Shown here: positions 1 through 9,101 of the stretch, in pieces | How the letters are laid out: every line of letters starts with the position of its first letter | Position numbering within the stretch: position 1 is the stretch's first letter | IMG/VR virus record: IMGVR_UViG_3300023371_004649 | Strand: one strand, 5' to 3' | Length of the DNA stretch: 32,364 nt | From: a virus | Taxonomy: Duplodnaviria > Heunggongvirae > Uroviricota > Caudoviricetes | The notes under the pieces: generated by a model | What the model was told of the DNA's origin: nothing | Database searches by the model: none | The model's input: the letters and a program-made list of their open reading frames with translations, nothing else | Made by a program: the position numbers and the translations under genes

Positions 1-572
1 ACAACATTGATTAACTTCTTGCCTAAATCTGTTCTTGTACCTTTCTGATTTTCTCTGAAAAAGGTCTCGTCAACTTGCACCACGCCCGATAAAACAGGCT
101 TTGGCATTAGGCTCATAGCGTGGAGCAGCTTATGTCTTGCAAGGTGAACGGCATTTCTTGTTATGCCGTCAAGATGGTAATCCTTTTCAAGAGTATCTAC
201 CATTTCGTCTAATGAAAAGTTGTTGACGGTCATGTGAACAAGTCTGACCCATATTTCCCAAGTCCAGTTGGTGCCCTCCATAAATGTATCTGTGGTGAGG
301 GCAAAAGTGGTCTTGCAGTTCTTGCAGTAATATCTTTGAAGACCATACTTGGAGCCGTTCTTTACAAAGTTATTGGAGTTGCAAGAAGGACAAGCAGATA
401 CAGGGGCTAATGCCTCTAATTTGGTCTGGATTTCCCCTTGCTTCATTTGGTTGATTTGGTCTAAAACCTTTACCTGTCTGACTTTTTCATATTCTTTCAG
501 ATAAACGGTCAGTTCTTCTAATGATAGGTTCATTAGGTATTTCTTGAATATTACGCGGTCTGGCTTTTTCAT
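1..572 (-). CDS. IS1595-family transposase, N-terminal 190 aa (runs off the window; missed by the ORF track)
   Basis: Manual translation from ATG 572 (RBS AAGGGAG): MKKPDRVIFKKY...CPSCNSNNFVKNGSKYGLQRYYCKNCKTTF (zinc ribbon)...VLSGVVQVDETFFRENQKG (first catalytic D region of IS1595 DDE transposases). Confidence 0.9.
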   Translation of the reverse strand, partial: MKKPDRVIFKKYLMNLSLEELTVYLKEYEKVRQVKVLDQINQMKQGEIQTKLEALAPVSACPSCNSNNFVKNGSKYGLQRYYCKNCKTTFALTTDTFMEGTNWTWEIWVRLVHMTVNNFSLDEMVDTLEKDYHLDGITRNAVHLARHKLLHAMSLMPKPVLSGVVQVDETFFRENQKGTRTDLGKKLINV

Positions 573-722
573 ATAGTTCACTCCCTTGTATTTTTCTCTT
601 AACACAAGGTATCTTTTTCTGTCTGAAAGTTCCCTGTATCTGTCCATATGCAGAAATGTGATAATGAACATTTTTCAAAAAAATTATATCAGTTTTTGGG
701 CGTAATAACAAGGTCGCTGACC
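1..722 (-). mobile_element. IS1595-family insertion sequence, left part; left end estimated near 720-740
   Basis: Transposase plus upstream non-coding DNA. The end is inferred from where the adjacent membrane-protein frame stops looking protein-like; the partner IR is off-window. Confidence 0.6.
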
Positions 723-796
723 ATCAAGATAATTTTCAACTATATCAGATTTTTACACACATTATATCTCTAACAAAAGACAACATCGTAAAGATA

Positions 797-1921
797 TTGT
801 TGTTTCTAATAATTGTCACCAAGATATTATTATTCCCATTTTTGGATTACAATATTTGTATGTTATACTCAATAATAATAGCTTTCCATTTGTTGAAGAA
901 ATACTTGGAATGTAAAAACCCCAAACTATTACTTGGCACGGGGATAGCATTATGCATTGCATTAGAATTTAAGCATTCTCTACCTGGAATAATAATTATA
1001 TTTTTAACGTTGTTCCTTCTTGTCCATTGTGTAAAAAATAAAACTTTAAAACATTTTTTTTACTACGCCATCGGAGGATTATTCCCAGCAATAATTTTAT
1101 TAATGATTGCATTAATAAATGGATATTTAGTAAATATGATAGACTATACCGTTTTTGGACTAGGAGAATTTGATGCACTTGGAAAAGAACAGAAAATACT
1201 CCCTCTATTTATTGCAACAGTTATTATCTTAGTATTGTTTTTAGTTAGTATTATAACAAAAGGAAAGATAAAAAAAAGAATTCCGTTATTTATTTTTATG
1301 GCCTCTATTTACGTCCTTTTAATATTAAAAGATGACAGATGTTCTATCTTTGCTCTAATTTATATCTTAACATTAATTGGACTAGAAGAAAATGATTTTA
1401 TAAAAAGTAATTTTGAAAAAGCTTTCAACCCAAGAAATGTTTGTTGCACAGTCTCCATTATTTTTTATTTGTTATTAATAATAGCATTATTCGCAATATC
1501 AGCAAAACAAATTGTAAATATAACCAACACAGAATTTGTTATAACCGATAAATATGAATGGATAGATAATAACAAAATATATAAGTCATCTCTTGATTTT
1601 GTTGAAGATATAGATGCTTATATAACATCCAATCCAGACAAAAAAATATTACCAATTTCAAGCTTCACAAAACTTTATTCGCTATCGAAGAATCAATCTT
1701 TTGGAGTTTTTGATTTGTTAATAGAAGGCAACGTTGGAAAAATAAATCATGAAAAAATGTATGATATAATTAACGAACAATATGACTTGGTAATTCTTGC
1801 AGAAATGCAATTACCGATGGAATATTCTAAGATATATAATTACGTAAAAAATAATTATGAATTGTATGAAAAAATCCCTATCTGTGACGGATATGGATAT
1901 GTATATAGAGTTAATAATTGA
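797..1921 (+). pseudogene. Multi-TM GT-C (ArnT/PMT-like) glycosyltransferase, probably 5'-truncated by IS1595
   Basis: Many hydrophobic helices, LDYN and ALEFKH motifs, soluble C-terminal domain. No RBS at TTG 797; the frame stays open back to 668 and reads protein-like (YQIFTHIISLTKDNIVKILLF) up to the IS. Confidence 0.55.
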
Positions 1922-1986
1922 ATATTGTTTTTAATAAAATATATAAGCCACAATAAAAATAAAAGGAATATACGGAGGATAAAAAT

Positions 1987-2247
1987 ATGTTGAACTGGCA
2001 CTATTGGCATCCCGAGCATCTGGATGGAAGCAGATTTATCGAAGTACAGGAATCTTATCTGTGTTTCAGGTACAAGATTTGTCGTATGAATGACAAGTGC
2101 CTATATGTCTGCTACACCACGCCTTCCGACCAGGGCAAGTTCCCCGTCCCCGACGTGGAAACTGGCAAAAAGAGGGCAGAAGAGCATCTAAAAACGATTC
2201 TCGAAGACCTTGCATCCGAGATTGCCAAAGTCCTGGCACTTAATTAA
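1987..2247 (+). CDS. Hypothetical protein, 86 aa
   Basis: GGAGG RBS, ATG start, own terminator; visibly GC-richer than its flanks. Confidence 0.8.
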   Translation: MLNWHYWHPEHLDGSRFIEVQESYLCFRYKICRMNDKCLYVCYTTPSDQGKFPVPDVETGKKRAEEHLKTILEDLASEIAKVLALN

Positions 2248-2271
2248 ATCTCCCTGCGGGGAGATTTTTTT
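2246..2271 (+). terminator. Intrinsic terminator
   Basis: AAATCTCCC-tgcg-GGGAGATTT followed by a T run. Confidence 0.85.
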
Positions 2272-2370
2272 CTTCAATATATTTTAATATTTACTTTTTG
2301 ACTAATATGTATTATAATAAATGTATAATAACTTAATTTTGAATTTTGAAAAGAAAGGATGAATGTAATA

Positions 2371-2928
2371 ATGTCTAATATTTGGGGAAAAACCCTTTTA
2401 GAAGCAAAAAGAGTTGGTAGCGCTATTTCTAAGTCTGCAAAGGAAGTTGGAGGAGCTATTGGCCAGGCTACTGCAAATGTAGCTGACCACACAAAGAAAA
2501 CTGCCAAGATTGCAATGCTAAAAGCAGAAATGGACCAAATGAGCACAAAACTAGGAAAAGCAGTATTTAACTACGGAATAACTGAAGAAAATGAAGAAGC
2601 TCTGGAAATCATGAAAGAAATGCTTAATAAAAAGTCCGAAATCGAAAAGTTAGAAAAGGAACTCGATAATTGTGACTGTAAGTGTGAGCATAACCATGAA
2701 TGTGGCCATGAAGGTCCTTGCGATTGCGAATGTGACTGTATCGACTGTGATGAAGAAGTAGAAATCGATGAAGAAAAGTGCGATTGTGAAAATTGCGGAG
2801 ATGATTGCGACTGCGAATGCCATGATGAAAAATCTGAATTTGCCACCAACGAAGAAAATGATGCTCAGATTCTTGAACAGACAGAAACCACTTGTATTTG
2901 CGACGACAATACCAAAACAGAAGAATAA
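2371..2928 (+). CDS. Coiled-coil protein with Cys/His/acidic metallothionein-like C-terminus
   Basis: RBS AAAGAAAGGA 2350-2359 favours ATG 2371. N-terminal helical region (KIAMLKAEMDQMSTKLGKAVF); 17 Cys mostly in CxC repeats in the C-terminal half. Confidence 0.8.
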   Translation: MSNIWGKTLLEAKRVGSAISKSAKEVGGAIGQATANVADHTKKTAKIAMLKAEMDQMSTKLGKAVFNYGITEENEEALEIMKEMLNKKSEIEKLEKELDNCDCKCEHNHECGHEGPCDCECDCIDCDEEVEIDEEKCDCENCGDDCDCECHDEKSEFATNEENDAQILEQTETTCICDDNTKTEE

Positions 2929-2945
2929 TAAAAAAGAAAAGAGCA

Positions 2946-2955
2946 CTCTTAAGAG
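2946..2955. repeat. Target-site duplication, left copy (CTCTTAAGAG)
   Basis: Identical to 9315..9324; abuts the left TIR. Confidence 0.95.
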
Positions 2956-2991
2956 CAATGTCATTAAGTTAAGCAACTGAAGGCAAAAATT

Positions 2992-3034
2992 AAAAGACCT
3001 ACCTATTGTTGAAAAATAATAGGGGGTCTTTTTT
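2992..3034 (+). terminator. Terminator just inside the left transposon end
   Basis: AAAAGACC/GGTCTTTT outer stem, CCTATT/AATAGG inner stem, T run; would block read-through from the flank. Confidence 0.7.
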
Positions 3035-3058
3035 ATTTTAATACTTATAAAAAATATA

Positions 3059-3088
3059 AAACCTATTCCCAATTACGAGAATAGGTTT
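3059..3088 (-). terminator. Terminator of the small hydrophobic ORF
   Basis: AAACCTATTC...GAATAGGTTT stem, followed by a U-rich tail on the minus strand. Confidence 0.7.
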
Positions 3089-3093
3089 GTAAA

Positions 3094-3270
3094 TTATTTT
3101 TTCAATAATTTACAAATTGCAGGGATGCCTATAAAAATTAAGCAAACCATCAAACCAGTGGGGTACTCTGTTGCTAAGTTTAATGTGACATCTATCCACA
3201 TTTTACAGTAACCTAACAAACATTCGCCTATAACCATAAGTAAACCCCAAAGATTTTGCAAAATTTGCAT
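3094..3270 (-). CDS. 58-aa hydrophobic protein, candidate type I toxin
   Basis: RBS AAGGAGGTG (3286-3278) 7 nt before ATG 3270; C-terminal hydrophobic helix GLMVCLIFIGIPAIC with a KLLKK tail; structured leader. Confidence 0.7.
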   Translation of the reverse strand: MQILQNLWGLLMVIGECLLGYCKMWIDVTLNLATEYPTGLMVCLIFIGIPAICKLLKK

Positions 3271-3380
3271 TAGCACTCACCTCCTTAATAATACTCCACT
3301 TAAAGAAGGTGTTCCCACTTTAAGTGGGCAATATAAGTTTATTTACGATTATATAAGAATATAAAAATACCTTGTTTGTC

Positions 3381-3410
3381 AGACTTTCCTATTCAGGGAA
3401 GTCTTTTATT
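3381..3410 (+). terminator. Plus-strand hairpin with T run, antisense to the small-ORF leader
   Basis: AGACTTTCCT-attc-AGGGAAGTCT followed by TTTATT. Confidence 0.55.
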
Positions 3411-3428
3411 GTGTGATTTTGCCACAAT

Positions 3429-3456
3429 TTGACATTTTAAAATAGATACATATACT
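3429..3456 (+). promoter_or_regulatory. Sigma-A promoter upstream of the wHTH gene
   Basis: TTGACA-16 bp-TATACT; inverted repeat ATTGTG-N9-CACAAT (3408-3428) abuts the -35. Confidence 0.55.
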
Positions 3457-3666
3457 ATAGATGCTTATTACGATTGTTGTAAAAATTATCTAACATAAAT
3501 AACTAAATAAGAGACATAAATCATTTATTTATAACAGTTTATTCTATATTAAGTATCTAAAAAGCTATATTTCATATCTAAAATTACTATAATACATTAA
3601 CTGTAAAAGTTTTCTTACATACTTATTATGAAGTATTTTATTTTCAATGTGTGGAGGTGAATTACA

Positions 3667-3930
3667 TTGGCAAATCCTAATGTTTTGACTAACGATAGTT
3701 TTAAGGTCTTATCGTGGTTGTATGAAAAAAGAGACAAAAATAATTTAATCAAAGTCACTCAACAGGAGTTGGCAGACGACATTGGGTTGAGCAGACCCAC
3801 AATAAACATCATTTTTGGAAAATTAAAAGACGCAGGTTATTTAATCCATGATGATAGCAAAGTTGGTCGTTATTATTTGACTCCAGATGCTATAAAAGTC
3901 GTTGATACTTTTAGGAAATGGAGCAAGTGA
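3667..3930 (+). CDS. Winged-HTH (Crp/MarR-type) DNA-binding protein
   Basis: GGAGGTGA RBS, TTG start; VTQQELADDIGLSRPTINIIFGKLKDAGYL helix-turn-helix plus wing (GRYYLT). Confidence 0.85.
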   Translation: MANPNVLTNDSFKVLSWLYEKRDKNNLIKVTQQELADDIGLSRPTINIIFGKLKDAGYLIHDDSKVGRYYLTPDAIKVVDTFRKWSK

Positions 3931-4055
3931 TAATGAAAGAAATTACTAAATTTTTTTGTTGGCAATATACCGCACAAGGTATAATCTCAACAGAAATTAT
4001 AACTTATAGGGTTAAATACCCTTTCAAATAAATTGATTTTTAGGAGGTTGTTGTC

Positions 4056-7000
4056 GTGATAAAAGAATTTAATTTAGATGCAATACAAACTGATAAGTAT
4101 AAAAAAACATTATCTAAAGCAATATCACATATAACATTTGTTAGTGGAGATACTGAAGAGAATGTTCGTAAAAATGTAGAATATGCTATTAGAATCGCAT
4201 TAAAACAAAGCAATATATATATATGATGAGTTTGATTTAATAGATATGTTTAAATCTGAAACAAAGGTAAGACTTAAAGACACATCTATTGGATTTATGG
4301 ATAGTGATTTCAAAAATATTGTTATCGAATATAAAAAATATGAGAGATTAGATAAAGAATCTGATAGAAATGAGGCACAGCAACAGATTAAGGATTATAT
4401 GGAGTCTGATGACTTAGCTAAATTCCCTATTCTTTATGGTTTTTTAACAGATGGAAAAACGTTTTACTCTTATAAAAAAGAAGGCTCTTCCTTCGAAGAA
4501 CTTAAAGAATTTTCTGGTTATTTAGATGAACATAAATTGGATTACTTCTTGCGTTGTCTTGTTAATTATGATAAGAAGGATATTACTCCTTTCAGCTTAA
4601 AAGAAGATTTCGCAATTATAAACAATAAAACTGATAAGACGACTACAAATCTGTTTTTAGAATTGCTTAATATCAAGAATGGTTCAAAGAATGATAGAAC
4701 TAAACTTTTGTTTTCTGAATGGGAAAAATTATTTAAGTTGTCAGAGGCAGATAACAGCAACAATGAAGAAGTTACTAAAAGAAGAAAGGCACTTAGTTCC
4801 TTGATAAGTAGAGATATTATTGATGCAAGTGATGAATACAATGTTATCTTTGCTATACATACTCTTTATTCTTTGATTATTAAGTTAATTGCTATAAAGG
4901 CTGCCAAAGAAAATAGTGAAACATACAATACTAATTTCTATGAAATCAGCAAATATGACAATGCTAAATTGTTGAAGTTTATTAAGAGTATTGAAACAGG
5001 CAACATATTTAAGCGTATGAATATCCTTAATATGATTGAAGGAGATTTCTTCTCTTGGTATATAGCAGAAGCATTAACAGATGAGTTTTATAATAATTTT
5101 AGAGATTTATGTTTTAAACTTTCCAAATATGAGACCTTCAGTGTTAAGTTATTAGACAAAACTCAGGACTTCTTTAGGGAATTATACGAATCTTGTGTTC
5201 CTGCTGAAATAAGACATTCATTTGGTGAGTTCTATACACCTTATTGGTTAGCAGATGGTGTTGTAATCGACTACATAAATAGAAAAAATATTAAAGATAT
5301 TTATAAGTCATTAGACCCCACCTGTGGTTCTGGTACATTTGTAATGGTAAATATGGATAAAGTTATTGATTTTATCAATAGAAATCATACTGAATTGACT
5401 GATAAGGAAAAGACTGAAATAATTTTATCTAATTGTTATGGTATAGATTTAAACCCTCTTGCTGTATTAAGTTCTAAAATTAACTATTTTATGAATATCG
5501 CAAGTGTTTATGATGGCACTTATCAAATAGAAATTCCTATTTACCTTGGAGATAGTTCATATATGCCTCAAACTGAAATACTTGATGGTGTAAAATGTAT
5601 TTCTTATGACTTTTTTACAGATGTTGAAGAAGGAAATGATTTTATCCATTTCTGTTTGCCTTTATCTTTAATAAATGATAAACACTTCATAACCTATATG
5701 GATGAATTAGAAGCAATAATCATTGGTAAAGAAGATGACAAAAAGAAATCTAAACAGGCAAAAGATTATTTAATTTCTAAAATAGAAAAAAGTTCCCTAA
5801 ACATAAAAGTTGAAAGAGAAATTGAAGATTTAATCAATAAATTGGTTGAATTAGAAAGCAAAAAACTTAACTCTATTTGGTTAAGAATTTTTGCTAACTA
5901 TTTAAAATCTTCTTCTCTTTGTGATATGGATTTAATTTCAGGTAATCCACCTTGGGTAGATTGGAAGAACTTGCCTGATAAATATAGTGAGAAATTAAAG
6001 ATTTCTTGTAAAAACACAGGTATTTTCTCAAATGATAAGAATGTTGGTGGTATTAGCCTCAATATTTGTGCTTTAATCGCTATGAAGTGTTGTGATAAAT
6101 ACCTCAAAGAAGATGGTGAATTATCTTTTCTTATGCCAGATGGAATCTTGTATAATAAATCTTTTGAAGGATTTAGAAAATTTGAAATCGATGGTAGAAA
6201 ATATTACTTCAAAAAGATAGTTGATTGGTCTAAGGCTGGAAAACCATTTGACCCTGTTGCTATCAATTTCTGTTGTTTTACTATTTCAAAAGATAAACAA
6301 GACTATACCAAAGGAATTCCTTTTGTTAGATATTCAGCTAAAAAGGGTGCTAAATTCTATGATACCCACGCTGTATTTGAAACAGAAAAGGACAAGTTAA
6401 ATGTGGAAGATATGTTCGCATATATGATAAACACAAAGAGCAATAATCCATTTACAATACTTGATGCTCCTATTCCTAATATTGATAAGATAGTTGGAGA
6501 GAAACAGTATCGTTTTAGAAAAGGCTTAGGGTTAAAAGCAGAAGTACATAAATTAGTTTATGCTAATGAATGTCCTACTGACAATACCTTGGCTTACTTC
6601 TACACCTTTGAAAAAGGCAATAAATATAAATCTGTTTCTAAAAACAAAGTGCTTTTAGAAAAGAAATATGTAAGACCTTTAATCGAAACTCCTTGCTTAA
6701 CATTCTATCAATTAGATTGGGATAATGAATATACTGTATTCCCTTATGAATGGGGTACAAAGACACCTATTCCTTTCGAAGAGTTAAAGAAGAAAGCTCC
6801 TCATTTGGCACAATATCTTTTAAGTAACAAAGAGATTTTGGATAATCAAAGCGAATACAATAAGAGAATCCAAAATACAAGTGAATTCTATGGAATTATA
6901 AGAACTGCTGATTATATGTTTAGAGACAATTTCGTTTGTATAAAAGATAACGGTCAATTAGTTGCTACACCTGTAAATAAAGTAAAAACTCATTGGGGAG

Positions 7001-7467
7001 AAGATGTTGTTCCTGTATTTGATGGGCATGTTAGTTATATTTCAGAAAAGTTAAATGATACTCCTATTTCTTCTGATGAAATGTATTTTATTTCTGGAAT
7101 ACTTAATTGTCCTTATGTCAAGAAGTTTGTTGAAGCATCTTCCAGTTCTCAAAGCATAGGTACAAAGTTTGATATAAACCTTCCACAGTATGATGATACA
7201 AATTCAAAGCATATTGAAATTGTAAAAGTTGTAAAGGAAGTAGTTAGTCTAATTAAAAAGAAAGACAATCTGCTGGAACAGATTGTCGCTGAAAATGAAG
7301 CTAATGATTATATAAAACAGAAAGACCTGTCAAATATTATTAAACAAAATAAGAAATCTGAAACAGGTAAAAAAGAATTTGATGATTTAATTTTGGTTTA
7401 CAACAATCAATGTTCTGAAGTATCTACATTGATAACAAAAATCCAAGACCTCTATATTTCAATTTAA
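4056..7467 (+). CDS. Fused restriction endonuclease / N6-adenine methyltransferase (type IIG-like), frameshifted at an (AT)6 tract
   Basis: RBS AGGAGG (4042-4047) and GTG 4056 open a 56-aa frame (…GDTEENVRKNVE…) ending at TGA 4224-4226. The other frame continues into the 1073-aa ORF with FMDS…VIEYK (PD-(D/E)xK-like), FYTP, DPTCGSGTF (motif I), GIDLNPLA, NPPW (motif IV) and a C-terminal TRD-like region. Confidence 0.85.
4213..4224 (+). repeat. (AT)6 simple sequence repeat at the frameshift
   Basis: agc a ATATATATATAT gat gag; n=7 or n=4 units restore the frame, n=6 does not. Confidence 0.9.
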
Positions 7468-7476
7468 AAATTAAAT

Positions 7477-7591
7477 AAAAAAATGAGAGTTGCCTGCTGG
7501 AACAAGCAACTCTCTGGATAAACAACATTTCAAGATTGACAATAAGTTTGGCTGGACACCTTACACGAATTGTTTCTTTTTATGCTGTTCA
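7477..7591 (-). ncRNA. ~115-nt outward-reading small RNA upstream of the transposase (RNA-OUT-like)
   Basis: Consensus promoter upstream; GAGAGTTGC(7485-7493)/GCAACTCTC(7506-7514) stem with a U tract only on the minus strand; no RBS-led ORF. Confidence 0.65.
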
Positions 7592-7597
7592 TTTTAT

Positions 7598-7626
7598 ATT
7601 ATACCATACTGTTGTAATTTTGTCAA
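7598..7626 (-). promoter_or_regulatory. Consensus sigma-A promoter with extended -10 (pOUT-like)
   Basis: Minus strand TTGACA-17 bp-TATAAT with TG at the extended -10 position. Confidence 0.85.
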
Positions 7627-7704
7627 CAAGTTTACAGCGTAATCTCAAGGAATAATTTAACTTTGTCAATTTTGAACAATTCTACGATAAGGAGAGTGTT
7701 CAAA

Positions 7705-9042
7705 ATGAAACACAATGAATATGTTTTAAATAATTTAATGTCTGTAATAGACACTATGTATAACAATAAAAATGATTTTGTTAAAAATCCAGATAAGGAT
7801 TTTACTCGTAATAGAAAATTAGATTTCCAACACACCATTATGCTTATTCTTAGTATGAATGGCAATACACTCAACAAGGAACTTTATGATTATTTTGGTA
7901 AAGACCCTCGTGCTATTGCTACTTCTTCTGCCTTTGTACAACAAAGGGATAAGATAGCTGATGGTGCTTTTGAGCATCTATTTCACGCTTTCAATAAAAG
8001 TATGATAGATTTTAAAACTTATTCTGGTTATAGATTATATGCTGTTGATGGTTCAGATATCAATATTGCCTACAATAAAGATAGTGATACTTATATTGAT
8101 TATACTCATAAGGACAAAAAAGAAGGAAGTGCTGCAGTAAATCAATTTCATCTTAATGCCATTTATGACTTAATGAATAAAGTTTATGTAGACGCTTCCT
8201 TACAACCAAGAAGCAAGTTAGATGAGCGTAGAGATTTTATTGAAATGCTTAAAAGAATGTCTTTACCTTCAAAAACTATTTTTATAGCAGACAGAGGTTA
8301 TCCTTCTTGGAATATGTTTGCTCATTTTAAATACAAGAACAATGCGGATTACCTAATTCGTGTAAGGAATGGCGAAAACAGAATTATTAAATCGTTACCA
8401 ATGACAGAATTTGATATTACAAAGAATCTAATTGTTTCTACAAATCAATATGATAGAGGCAAGGAGAATTATGTTATTGTTCAAACTCGTAAGGGAAAAC
8501 AAAACCGTATTTATACTGAAAAAGCAAGTAGTGCTGTTGTACAATGGGATTTTGCTGATAAAGAAACTTTGTCTATTCGTATTGTTCGCTTTAAGATAAC
8601 TGATGATACTTATGAAACTATTATCACTTCTCTTCCAAAAGATAAATTCCCATTAGAAGAAATAAAGAAGCTCTATGGTATGCGTTGGGGTATTGAAACT
8701 TCATTCAGAGAACTTAAATATGCTATTGGATTGACAAACCTTCATTGTAAAAGAGAAGATTTTGTAGTTCAAGAGATATTTGCTAAATTAACATTTTTTA
8801 ATTTTACTCACAGGATTGTTGAAATGATAGTTGTTGAGCAAGATGAAAATCGTAAATATACATATCAAGTCAATTTTACTATGGCAACTCGTATATGTGT
8901 TGATTTTTTCAAAGCATTGATAAGCAGTGCTGACCTTTATGAACTAATGACAAAGTATATAGTTCCAATAAGACCAGGTAGAAGCGATAAACGCAAAATG
9001 AAAACAAAAGCATTCGTTTCATTCGTATATAGAGTAGCTTAA
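7705..9042 (+). CDS. IS4-family DDE transposase, 445 aa
   Basis: RBS AAGGAGAG favours ATG 7705; AVDGS (D), IADRGY (D) and YGMRWGIETSFRELK, the IS4 Y-2-R-3-E-6-K signature. Confidence 0.95.
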   Translation: MKHNEYVLNNLMSVIDTMYNNKNDFVKNPDKDFTRNRKLDFQHTIMLILSMNGNTLNKELYDYFGKDPRAIATSSAFVQQRDKIADGAFEHLFHAFNKSMIDFKTYSGYRLYAVDGSDINIAYNKDSDTYIDYTHKDKKEGSAAVNQFHLNAIYDLMNKVYVDASLQPRSKLDERRDFIEMLKRMSLPSKTIFIADRGYPSWNMFAHFKYKNNADYLIRVRNGENRIIKSLPMTEFDITKNLIVSTNQYDRGKENYVIVQTRKGKQNRIYTEKASSAVVQWDFADKETLSIRIVRFKITDDTYETIITSLPKDKFPLEEIKKLYGMRWGIETSFRELKYAIGLTNLHCKREDFVVQEIFAKLTFFNFTHRIVEMIVVEQDENRKYTYQVNFTMATRICVDFFKALISSADLYELMTKYIVPIRPGRSDKRKMKTKAFVSFVYRVA

Positions 9043-9063
9043 TTTAATTACATCATATTATGG

Positions 9064-9101
9064 TTCAATTTACTCATTTTTTATAAAATGAGCGAATTGA
9101 A
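9064..9101 (+). terminator. Hairpin after the transposase
   Basis: TTCAATT..CTCATTTT / AAAATGAG..AATTGAA inverted repeat. Confidence 0.55.

Noticed and set aside
487-711. 74-aa minus-strand ORF
   Set aside because: Different frame from the IS1595 transposase it overlaps; no RBS or motif.
2768-2980. 70-aa plus-strand ORF
   Set aside because: Alternative frame of the Cys-rich gene that runs across the TSD and TIR.
2571-3072. Ser/Gln-rich and hydrophobic minus-strand ORFs
   Set aside because: Antisense shadows of the Cys/Glu-rich gene; one crosses the transposon junction.
4246-4248. ATG 4246 as the true start of the R-M gene
   Set aside because: No RBS; the RBS-led GTG 4056 frame joins it through the (AT)n tract.
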